Origin: Acetobacteraceae bacterium
Lineage (GTDB): Bacteria > Pseudomonadota > Alphaproteobacteria > Acetobacterales > Acetobacteraceae
DNA length: 64,000 nt
Reading direction: 5' to 3'
Assembly: GCA_965199105.1 (NCBI GenBank)
Contig: CBDAQO010000002.1
Coordinates: 2,672,302-2,736,301 of the forward strand
Of the stretch, positions 57,234 through 64,000 are shown in pieces. Below the pieces are notes generated by a model, which did not search any database, was not told where the DNA came from, and saw only the letters and a list, made by a program, of their open reading frames with translations. How positions within the stretch are numbered: the first letter of the stretch is position 1; every line of letters begins with the position of its first letter. The position numbers were made by a program, and so were the translations under genes.

Positions 57234-58478
57234 CTAGAACTCGAGTATGAGGAAGCCTTGGGCACCGGGCCCACCGTTACCCTGAACGCCATAGCACCCG
57301 CCGCCGCCGGAGCCCGGAGCTTCCGCAATCTGCTGGATTGCACTGCTGGCTGCCGCTGCCCGTCCGCCACCACCAAAGAACGAGGCGCCCCCATTGCCCG
57401 CAAAGGTAAAGGTGCCACCATTGCCATCGGAGCCGTAGCCACCGTAAATATTGATAAGACCGCCAGTACCAACGCCAGGAGAGCCGCCAAATGCGAAGGT
57501 GGCCCCACTCGCACCGCCCGAGCCGCCCGATGCACTCATCGCGGTGCCGAAGCTGGTTGTGCCACCAGCCCCAGCCACGGCACCACCGGCGATGGCGGCC
57601 GTCCCTCCTTGCCCGATGATAATAGGAACAATCTGACCCGGCGTGACAGCCACGTTGCCCTCACTGTAGCCGCCTGCGCCGCCGCCGCCACCGCCAAACG
57701 TGGACGTTCCAGAGCCACCGCCACCGCCGCCACCGCATAGGCGTACCCGAAGTAGCGAGACACCGTTTGGAACCTGAAAGTTCGTCGAGCTGATGAACGT
57801 CTCCAGCCGAGAAAACCCTGGCGTCAAGCTGTTCAGCTTGAAGTTGATGAACGGCGCTCCTGGTAGCGTCACGATGCTTTGCGGGCCGATCTGCGACTGG
57901 CCGTAATTGACGGTGATGACGTAGAGGCCCACCCAGCCACTATCGATCGGAGGCGTCACCTGCGTGCCTGCGTTGCTCGGCGCAGATGGTTTGAGCTGGA
58001 ACTGGACCCGTTGCGTCCGTTGCGTATTCTGGCCGACCCCGTCATTCGCCGGCCCATAGAATGGCTGCGATGGGTTGGCGGCATTGTAGTAGGGCAGAAC
58101 GATGGGGTTGCTATCGCTTTCCGCCAAAGTCGCTTGAATGAGGTAGTTGATCGACTGGCCAGACGTCGTCGGCGGGGTCAGTGTGAAACTCGTGGCGCTG
58201 GTATTGATACCCATTTTGACCAGCGGATCGGTCGTATCCTGACCCAATGATCCGTAGGCCATCGCGTCAACCACCGTCAGGTTCGTTATGCTTCCGGGGC
58301 CAATTGAGACGGTGAGGCTCGCTGGCGCTGTGGGCAGACAGGCGAGGCCATCAACCAACGTTGACGAACCCAGCGCTGCCTGGGCAAGATAGCCAATCGC
58401 GATCATAGCGTCGCGTTGAGCAGAGAGAAGGTCCGTGTCGAGCGGGATACTACCCGGATAAACAATCTGGCGATCCAC
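57234..58478 (-). CDS. Phage tail fibre protein with a glycine-rich C-terminal domain
   Basis: The N-terminus MDRQIVYPGSIPLDTDLLSAQRDAMIAIGYLAQAALG is a conserved prophage tail-fibre head. The C-terminal ~170 aa are Gly-rich (CGGGGGGGSG...GGGGGAGGY...GGSGG...). Confidence 0.8.
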   Translation of the reverse strand: MDRQIVYPGSIPLDTDLLSAQRDAMIAIGYLAQAALGSSTLVDGLACLPTAPASLTVSIGPGSITNLTVVDAMAYGSLGQDTTDPLVKMGINTSATSFTLTPPTTSGQSINYLIQATLAESDSNPIVLPYYNAANPSQPFYGPANDGVGQNTQRTQRVQFQLKPSAPSNAGTQVTPPIDSGWVGLYVITVNYGQSQIGPQSIVTLPGAPFINFKLNSLTPGFSRLETFISSTNFQVPNGVSLLRVRLCGGGGGGGSGTSTFGGGGGGAGGYSEGNVAVTPGQIVPIIIGQGGTAAIAGGAVAGAGGTTSFGTAMSASGGSGGASGATFAFGGSPGVGTGGLINIYGGYGSDGNGGTFTFAGNGGASFFGGGGRAAAASSAIQQIAEAPGSGGGGCYGVQGNGGPGAQGFLILEF

Positions 58479-58490
58479 GTCGGGTCATCC

Positions 58491-59132
58491 TTAGTTCGTG
58501 ATGTTGATCCAGGCGATTGAAGCCGTCGGCATGACGCTTGCCACGGTGCTGGCTATGTCCTGGTCGGTCAGTTGCCCAGGGATAAGCGACAGATTGGCCC
58601 GCACCATCGGACCGCCCGTGTTGTATCCGGCAACCACCGAAATACCTGCGCTCAATGGGCGTCGTGCTTGGATGAATACCTGGTAGGGCAAATTTAGGTT
58701 GCCCCAGGCCCCCGCCACTCCATAGCCGAGCACCGGGGAGCCATACGCGCCAGTATCGGCCACTCGCGCCGGCTCAAAAATCAATGGCATGAACCCGGTG
58801 ACAGTTTCAAGCGCGGCGGCAATCGCTGGCCTGGTCGCATGATCTCGAACCAATGCGTTCTGCAGGCGCGCGCGATAGGCAGCGTCGGGTTCAAGCGTCA
58901 ACCGTGGTAGGCGGTTGCCGAAGAAATCACCACTGGCGCCATCGAGGAAGTCTCCTGTAACCGTCGAAATTCGGGTCTGCTGCCCAACACTTAGGAGCAA
59001 CTCATGAAGGCTCGACCAAGCACTTCCCAGGCCTGTAAGCAACGCATCCAGCACCGGCGTATCATCGGGAAACCAACGTGTCGGAAGCGTGGACTTAAGC
59101 CTGGAGAGGATGTCGTCGATACTACCAATCAT
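58491..59132 (-). CDS. Baseplate/tail-fibre attachment protein (position of Mu gp48 / P2 gpI)
   Basis: 213 aa, immediately downstream of the Baseplate_J gene and upstream of the fibre. Weak resemblance to the gp48/gpI family. Confidence 0.5.
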   Translation of the reverse strand: MIGSIDDILSRLKSTLPTRWFPDDTPVLDALLTGLGSAWSSLHELLLSVGQQTRISTVTGDFLDGASGDFFGNRLPRLTLEPDAAYRARLQNALVRDHATRPAIAAALETVTGFMPLIFEPARVADTGAYGSPVLGYGVAGAWGNLNLPYQVFIQARRPLSAGISVVAGYNTGGPMVRANLSLIPGQLTDQDIASTVASVMPTASIAWINITN

Positions 59133-59133
59133 G

Positions 59134-60252
59134 TTAGCTCACCGTGACCGTGCCGGGCCGAATGATCCCATTGGCCGGTATCATGAGGTCACCATTCCCG
59201 TTGATGGTGACCGCAGTGACATTGGTGATCGCAGGCGAAGCAGCGTAACTGATCGCGCTCACTCGCGAGACAGGAAGCGGCAGTCCAATCGTTAGGCTCG
59301 CTACGTAAGCCTGCACAGCGGCAGTAACCGCTGTTTGCACAGTGGCCAGATCCGAGCCAGTAAACACCAGTGATATGGTGATGGTTGCGACGATGAGCTG
59401 CGGCGGCTGAACCGCAAATTGCGTCCCAACAGGTCTCACGCTCTCCAGGGCATTCGCGACCGCGGTGATCAGGCTGCCCGGCGGCGCTCCCGACCCGTCA
59501 TCAACGATAATCGTCGAAAATCCAGGCCGAAACGCACCGGATGAATCCTGATTTTCCGCCAACGTGTAGTCCAGGCCTTGCTGTAAGGACTGGACGGTAT
59601 AAGCGACCGCCGCGGGGGTCGCCCTTGACCGGCTATCGATGAAGTTGGTGAAGCGGGCCCGCAGCGCTCCGTCCGGCTCAGCATCCATACCGCCAGCAGC
59701 GGCAACTGGGTTTGTTACCGCATCCACCCCGGGCATTGCTGTCGCGAGCAGGCTGACCGCTCCGGCCTGCACGTTGCCTGCTGAGCCGGCCACGGTGTTC
59801 GAAGCGGAAACTGAAATCGAGCTCACAGCCGCAGCGAGAGTATAGCTTGCGGTCGATGGAGAGAATGCCGGGTTGGTCGGATCTGCCACGACTGCGAAGG
59901 TTTGGGTGCCGTCCGCTGTCTTGGCTTGCGAGCCTACCGGGATGGAAGCAGTGAGTCCGACTGTGAGACGCGAAAAGGTGACAGTCGTGCTTGCCGCCTG
60001 CGCAGGCAGCCGTGTCATACCAAAGTCGGCAACCCAACTATCAAGGTCCGACCCGGTTGACGTGGACGCCCTCGTTTGGGCGAGTACTTGGACAATGAGC
60101 CATTGCACCCAGAGCGCTAGGGACGCGTTTGCTTCCAGTATGGCTCGAAGAACGCTGCCAACAGTGAGGTCGATAAAGGCGTTTGCGCTCCCTTGAACGC
60201 TGGCTGCCATGTTCTGCATGAGCGTGCTGAAGTTCTGAAGTGGAAGCTGCAT
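59134..60252 (-). CDS. Baseplate J-like protein (Mu gp47 / P2 gpJ)
   Basis: 372 aa. N-terminus MQLPLQNFSTLMQNMAASVQG...LTVGSVLRAILEANASLALWVQ... is typical of the Baseplate_J family. Confidence 0.8.
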   Translation of the reverse strand: MQLPLQNFSTLMQNMAASVQGSANAFIDLTVGSVLRAILEANASLALWVQWLIVQVLAQTRASTSTGSDLDSWVADFGMTRLPAQAASTTVTFSRLTVGLTASIPVGSQAKTADGTQTFAVVADPTNPAFSPSTASYTLAAAVSSISVSASNTVAGSAGNVQAGAVSLLATAMPGVDAVTNPVAAAGGMDAEPDGALRARFTNFIDSRSRATPAAVAYTVQSLQQGLDYTLAENQDSSGAFRPGFSTIIVDDGSGAPPGSLITAVANALESVRPVGTQFAVQPPQLIVATITISLVFTGSDLATVQTAVTAAVQAYVASLTIGLPLPVSRVSAISYAASPAITNVTAVTINGNGDLMIPANGIIRPGTVTVS

Positions 60253-60276
60253 GAACCCTCAACGTCGGCAATGGAG

Positions 60277-60639
60277 TTAAGCAAAAAAGGCGATTGTCTG
60301 GGACGTCCCGAGTGTGGCGTCCGCGTAGGTAACTTGGATGTAGAGGTCGCCGGCTTGGTCCGGTATAAGGTCGATGACAGGGGCCGGAGTTGAAGCGACG
60401 TTGGCCTCTTGCAGAACCTGTGTCCTAATCGCCGAGACAATCGCACTTGCCGCACCCGGTTGTCCTACAAAGCTCGCCAACCCCGCGCCATACTTGAGTG
60501 ACCACAAGTAATCGCCTGGCACCGTCAATAACCGGCGGAGCACCCGTTGTTGTGTCTCCGACGGACTATCTACGACGGCAACATCGCCAGTCGGTGACCA
60601 GGCGAGATCGCTTCCCCAAAAGTGAGCCAAGTCCCCCAT
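60277..60639 (-). CDS. Small baseplate protein (Mu gp46 / gpW-like)
   Basis: MGDLAHFWGSDLAWSPTGDVAVVDSPSETQQRVLRRLLTVPGDYLWSLKYGAG... Start taken at the internal Met. Position between the gpV-like and gpJ-like genes. Confidence 0.55.
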   Translation of the reverse strand: MGDLAHFWGSDLAWSPTGDVAVVDSPSETQQRVLRRLLTVPGDYLWSLKYGAGLASFVGQPGAASAIVSAIRTQVLQEANVASTPAPVIDLIPDQAGDLYIQVTYADATLGTSQTIAFFA

Positions 60640-60722
60640 ACCAACCGCCTTTAAATTGAAGAATTCTGACGCGAACCAGGAGCAGGGCGCAGGCGACCGA
60701 ACGAACGGCTTCAAGCGCACTA

Positions 60723-61226
60723 TCAATCGGGCTCGTTCGTGATGCCGGTCTGTGGCGGGTGGGAATGTGCATTGTAATGAACCCGCAGCGAGCTAAGCGA
60801 TCCGTGACTGTCATAGACGTTACCAACGACATGCAGATCGCCATTGATGCGAATGGTCCCGTCATTTTGCAGCTTGAGAGAGCTGCCACTTTGGTGAACT
60901 AACCAAAGCTCTCCGACCGGAGTCGCAGGCGCAATCGCTTGGGTGGACCAAGTCCCACCGACTATGATGCCCTGTTCAGCATCGCCCTCATGAGGCAAGA
61001 CAAGCACCTGAGTGCCGATAACCGGTGGACAAACCAAGCCCCAGCCATTGCCAACCCAAGGTGTCAACAGCGGCAGCCAGCCGGTGAGGACGCCCTCTGG
61101 TTGAAGGGTCACCCGAGCCGTCGCCGTGCTTGGGTCGACTGAGGTGACAACTCCGAAACGCGCTGCCCCACTTGCCTGGTCTTGGTTGGCCGAGTGTGCC
61201 TTAACAGCATTCAAGAAACCGTCCAT
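60723..61226 (-). CDS. Baseplate assembly protein V / spike (Mu gp45-like)
   Basis: ...ARFGVVTSVDPSTATARVTLQPEGVLTGWLPLLTPWVGNGWG... and ...HYNAHSHP... match the Phage_base_V pattern. Confidence 0.8.
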   Translation of the reverse strand: MDGFLNAVKAHSANQDQASGAARFGVVTSVDPSTATARVTLQPEGVLTGWLPLLTPWVGNGWGLVCPPVIGTQVLVLPHEGDAEQGIIVGGTWSTQAIAPATPVGELWLVHQSGSSLKLQNDGTIRINGDLHVVGNVYDSHGSLSSLRVHYNAHSHPPQTGITNEPD

Positions 61227-61238
61227 GATCGCCCCCAG

Positions 61239-62309
61239 TCAAGAGGTTGGAACACCAGCCACAGCGGCAGCTTGGTTGGCTGCAGCGACGTTTTTGAGCC
61301 GAATGGTCTGAACGAAGCCTTGGTCGAGACCGAAATGGCGGCTGAGTTCCGACACATAGTAAACCTGGTCGAAGTCAGTCCCCGTGCCGCTGAGGGTAAC
61401 TTGGGAGCGCGGCGATAACGCAAGCTCTCCCGGCAATTCCGCCGACACAATCCTCTCATGGCTTGACAGGTCCGCCAGTATCCGCTGCGCCAATTGCAAC
61501 GCGTCGTTTGGCGCTAGATTTGGGCGAACGACCACAATCTTGCGCGGCACCGAGCCCGATTGCCGGGCGGCTGAACTCGTCGCGGTCTGCGTAAATGCCT
61601 TCTGCTGCCTTGTGTTCCATGATTTGACCGTAACCTGGATGTCACGGGCAAGCGTTAGCGCATGGTCCAAACTAAGCGAGATGCATTGCTCCGGTGTAAG
61701 GCTGAAGGCCTGTGTATTTGCCGGCAATGGGCCGAAGTTCAGTGTAGTCCCACTTACAAACACCTCGAAGCCCTCCCGAGCTGCGAGGAAGGTCAGAAGG
61801 TCCCACTCCGTCGTCGCACGGGCGAATTGCCCGAGCGTGATGCGATCATGCTCGTTTGCATAATAGCGGCCTGCTAGCGCTGTGGTGGCGGTCACGTTGG
61901 CAGTTAGCTCGTGCCGAGCTGCCAGTGTCTCAGCGATCTCACTTGCGGTCTGGTTGCTAAAAGTTTCCTGGGTCTTCGCGTCTAGCAGCCGGCCTGCTAA
62001 ATCGCGGCCCTCTAGGCTGGTTGTGCCATTGATCACGTCCATGGCAAGACTATCAACCTCGCCTTGGATCAAGCTTATCGGTGGTCCGTTCACGCCAACC
62101 TGTATATCGAGCACGAGGCCCGGTTGAATTAGCTGCGATGCCGTGACGCTATCCATCGCCAGACGAAGCCGGAACCGCGCCGCTCCGAAATGAGCATTGC
62201 TCGTTATCTCCGCGTCCATAATCCCGGGAAGGGGTGAGCCGCCCAACAAGACAGCAATCGTTGGGTTACGTTGATTGCTGTACGACAATCCCTCCTCCTG
62301 CGTTGGCAT
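61239..62309 (-). CDS. Tail/baseplate hub protein (late control D / Mu gp44-like)
   Basis: 356 aa. Called from its position between the gpX-like and gpV-like genes and weak family resemblance. The start may lie downstream of 62309, because the track ORF overlaps the LysM gene by 44 nt. Confidence 0.55.
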   Translation of the reverse strand: MPTQEEGLSYSNQRNPTIAVLLGGSPLPGIMDAEITSNAHFGAARFRLRLAMDSVTASQLIQPGLVLDIQVGVNGPPISLIQGEVDSLAMDVINGTTSLEGRDLAGRLLDAKTQETFSNQTASEIAETLAARHELTANVTATTALAGRYYANEHDRITLGQFARATTEWDLLTFLAAREGFEVFVSGTTLNFGPLPANTQAFSLTPEQCISLSLDHALTLARDIQVTVKSWNTRQQKAFTQTATSSAARQSGSVPRKIVVVRPNLAPNDALQLAQRILADLSSHERIVSAELPGELALSPRSQVTLSGTGTDFDQVYYVSELSRHFGLDQGFVQTIRLKNVAAANQAAAVAGVPTS

Positions 62310-62466
62310 TTACCTCTGGCAATTGAAGCGTGACCAGGCCAACCACCAAGAAATCACTTACCCCGTTAAGCTGTGCGATACGTATCCACTGCGTTGCATC
62401 GCCCAACTGCTCGGCTGCGATCCGAAATAGATTTCCACCGACAACTGTAACGCTCCGCATGGTCAA
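62266..62466 (-). CDS. LysM-domain tail protein X-like
   Basis: 66 aa. ...GGNLFRIAAEQLGDATQWIRIAQLNGV... is a LysM fold pattern. Confidence 0.7.
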   Translation of the reverse strand: MTMRSVTVVGGNLFRIAAEQLGDATQWIRIAQLNGVSDFLVVGLVTLQLPEVNANAGGGIVVQQST

Positions 62467-63143
62467 GTCGTCGCGTCCGCAAGATTCCGGCCAGCTCTGC
62501 CAACGTAAGCGCGTGCGTTGGCAAGCTGTGCGAGCAGGCCTGTAGCGGCGACCGCAGCGGCCACGTTGCCCGTCTGGAGCGTCTCTCCAGTCGTGGTGAT
62601 CTGGGACGTAAGGCCGCTGAACGTTGTGGCTACTGCGGTCTGCGCTGCACCATAGGCGGCCGTCCCGACGACCGTTGCACTGGAGGCAGCCACCGCCGTC
62701 GCCGCGGGGGTCGCGAAAGACCCGGCTGAAGCGAGGTCGGCCTCCACGCTGGAAGCTAGGTCAAGCGCCACTGTGGCGATGATTGCAGCCTCATCTTGGA
62801 CCACAGTGCAGGAGATCCGGTATGGGATCCACCACGGGCTACGATAGTCGGCCTCAAACCGTTCGAGGATCACCAAGTACAAAAACGCGTCCCAGGCCAG
62901 CGGCAGAGCCATCCCAGCAATGCGGATCGTGTCGAGCAAGCGGGCGCGGTCGGCGGCATCTGGGCCGCTGAATATACCCGAGAATGCGATGTCGGCCGGG
63001 TCCGGCCCGAGCGCATCAATCACGCGAACGCCACCTGGCAAGCGATGGATGGCCAGCCGCTGGCTACCGCCCAGGGTGATGGAGCTGGGAAGCTCAAACC
63101 CTGCAAAGGCGACCGGGCCGAGAGTCAAGCTGAACTCGGACAT
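62463..63143 (-). CDS. Tail protein (P2 gpU / Mu gp43 DNA-circulation N-terminal-like)
   Basis: MSEFSLTLGPVAFAGFELPSSITLGGSQRLAIHRLPGGVRVIDALGPDPADIAFSGIFSG... follows the gpU-type pattern (LG.F.F ... lG.d...i.fsG). Confidence 0.6.
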   Translation of the reverse strand: MSEFSLTLGPVAFAGFELPSSITLGGSQRLAIHRLPGGVRVIDALGPDPADIAFSGIFSGPDAADRARLLDTIRIAGMALPLAWDAFLYLVILERFEADYRSPWWIPYRISCTVVQDEAAIIATVALDLASSVEADLASAGSFATPAATAVAASSATVVGTAAYGAAQTAVATTFSGLTSQITTTGETLQTGNVAAAVAATGLLAQLANARAYVGRAGRNLADATT

Positions 63144-63145
63144 AT

Positions 63146-63934
63146 TTAGAACCCCTGAGCTTGCCCAGACCAAAGCGGAGTCTGGCGCGGATCCGGGCCA
63201 ACTGGGCCCGACGGCGGACGGCTTGCTTGCCGTGCGAGACTGCTGGTCATCCAGCGTCCAAGTTTGTTGCCATCGATGATAATGTCCCCTTGCATTGTCA
63301 TACCTGAAGAGGACGAAGCTGAAGGCGCCGCAGAACCTGGCCGCGAGCCCGGGTCTTCGCTCCGACTACTTGCTGCACTCGGAGCATGGGATGGGCGGTC
63401 CAGTTGATCGGACCAACCATTTGACCGGCCACTATAGGGAGGATCAGGTGCAGTTGATTGTGACTCATCTTGTGACGATGATCGGCTACTGGCCGGAGCT
63501 GCCGTTTGAGGCCGTGCCTGCGGAGCCATGGTTTTGACGACCGTCGGACTAGCGGCCACGGTCGGCCCGGGCGCCACAGCTCGGCCGTTGCTTTGGTCTG
63601 ATGGCTGGTCCGCAGCTAGGACTGGAGCAGCCGATCTCGGCGCGACCGCGGCTGGCCTCTGCGGCGGAGCGTTGCGAGGCTGCACAGATTCGCTTGCGAC
63701 ATCCTCAGCTGGTCTTGGGACAGTTGCGCGCGGTGCGACAGGCCCGACCCGGCGTGGTGGCGGTGAAACCGCCAGCGATTGCGCCACGTCAGGGTTGGGA
63801 GGTAAGGCAGACGGCGTCGTGGGGACCTGTGGCAGCGCGCCGGGTCGGGGCGCCGCCGGCTGGATGAGCTGGTCATCGACAAGCGGGGCGACAGAACTAC
63901 TCTGACGAGGAGCCAGCGAGGCGGCGCTTGGCAC
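63146..63934 (-). CDS. Pro/Ala/Ser-rich low-complexity protein in the tape-measure position, with a conserved-looking C-terminal ~50 aa
   Basis: 262-aa ORF that is almost entirely low complexity, ending ...MQGDIIIDGNKLGRWMTSSLARQ... It sits directly upstream of the gpU-like gene, where a tape measure would end. There is a stop upstream at about 63935. Confidence 0.3.
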   Translation of the reverse strand: MPSAASLAPRQSSSVAPLVDDQLIQPAAPRPGALPQVPTTPSALPPNPDVAQSLAVSPPPRRVGPVAPRATVPRPAEDVASESVQPRNAPPQRPAAVAPRSAAPVLAADQPSDQSNGRAVAPGPTVAASPTVVKTMAPQARPQTAAPASSRSSSQDESQSTAPDPPYSGRSNGWSDQLDRPSHAPSAASSRSEDPGSRPGSAAPSASSSSGMTMQGDIIIDGNKLGRWMTSSLARQASRPPSGPVGPDPRQTPLWSGQAQGF

Positions 63935-64000
63935 ACGCCTATCGTCACTCCGCCCTCCGGCACCGTCGTCCGCCGTCCCTCCGCCTCGGCCTGAGCGCGG

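Larger units (their letters stand above)
55186..64000 (-). mobile_element. Mu/P2-like phage tail-baseplate module plus downstream cargo genes (prophage, remnant or tailocin). Runs off the right edge.
   Basis: Uninterrupted minus-strand array in the order TMP-position, gpU-like, gpX, gpD-like, gpV, gpW-like, gpJ, gpI-like, fibre, then accessory genes. G+C is visibly lower than the rest of the window: spot counts are 34/60 at line 56221 versus 43/60 at line 10021. Confidence 0.75.

Noticed and set aside
62266-62309. The 44-nt overlap between the LysM gpX-like gene and the gpD-like gene as a functional overlap or frameshift site.
   Set aside because: It is more likely that the gpD-like gene starts at a downstream codon than at the track's 62309. 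No slippery motif was noticed.

Overview
High-GC bacterial chromosome segment. The gene content is alphaproteobacterial, and an aldFGH-type membrane aldehyde dehydrogenase hints at Acetobacteraceae (inference only). All calls come from reading the six-frame translations and the DNA by eye, so family names are from memory and many start codons are uncertain.

Layout, left to right:
- phnE 3' end, a secreted alpha/beta hydrolase and two small exported proteins.
- The conserved rplU-rpmA-obg-proB cluster, with a REP-like palindromic element between obg and proB.
- DUF4149, DUF4126, an MFS transporter and cobB.
- A three-gene, translationally coupled envelope operon (8885-22214): an 1828-codon DUF1311-headed repeat protein, a Cys-free alpha-2-macroglobulin and PBP1C.
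- A PiT phosphate transporter.
- An SOS-boxed imuA-imuB-dnaE2 mutagenesis cassette, interrupted by a vapBC module and a small exported ORF.
- A URC/urg-like pyrimidine catabolism operon (MFS, GTP-cyclohydrolase-II-like, DUF1688, upp, amidase).
- cspA, then an aldehyde dehydrogenase (cytochrome c, 2Fe-2S and Moco subunits).
- A lower-GC islet with decayed genes (GNAT remnant, frameshifted MocR-like regulator).
- The gor / DUF2461 / grxD / bolA redox cluster, then DUF2939 and a DedA-rhodanese fusion.
- ligD plus a second ATP-dependent ligase with no Ku in view, a peroxiredoxin and an MFS transporter.
- From about 55.2 kb to the right edge, a lower-GC Mu/P2-like phage tail-baseplate module. Downstream of its tail fibre is a cargo cassette that includes a stand-alone ETR1-type (ethylene-binding-domain-like) membrane protein.

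No rRNA, tRNA or CRISPR was recognised. The best candidates for something undescribed are the giant-protein/A2M/PBP1C operon, the stand-alone ethylene-receptor-like module in the phage cargo cassette, the toxin-antitoxin-split imu cassette, and the bacterial URC-like operon.
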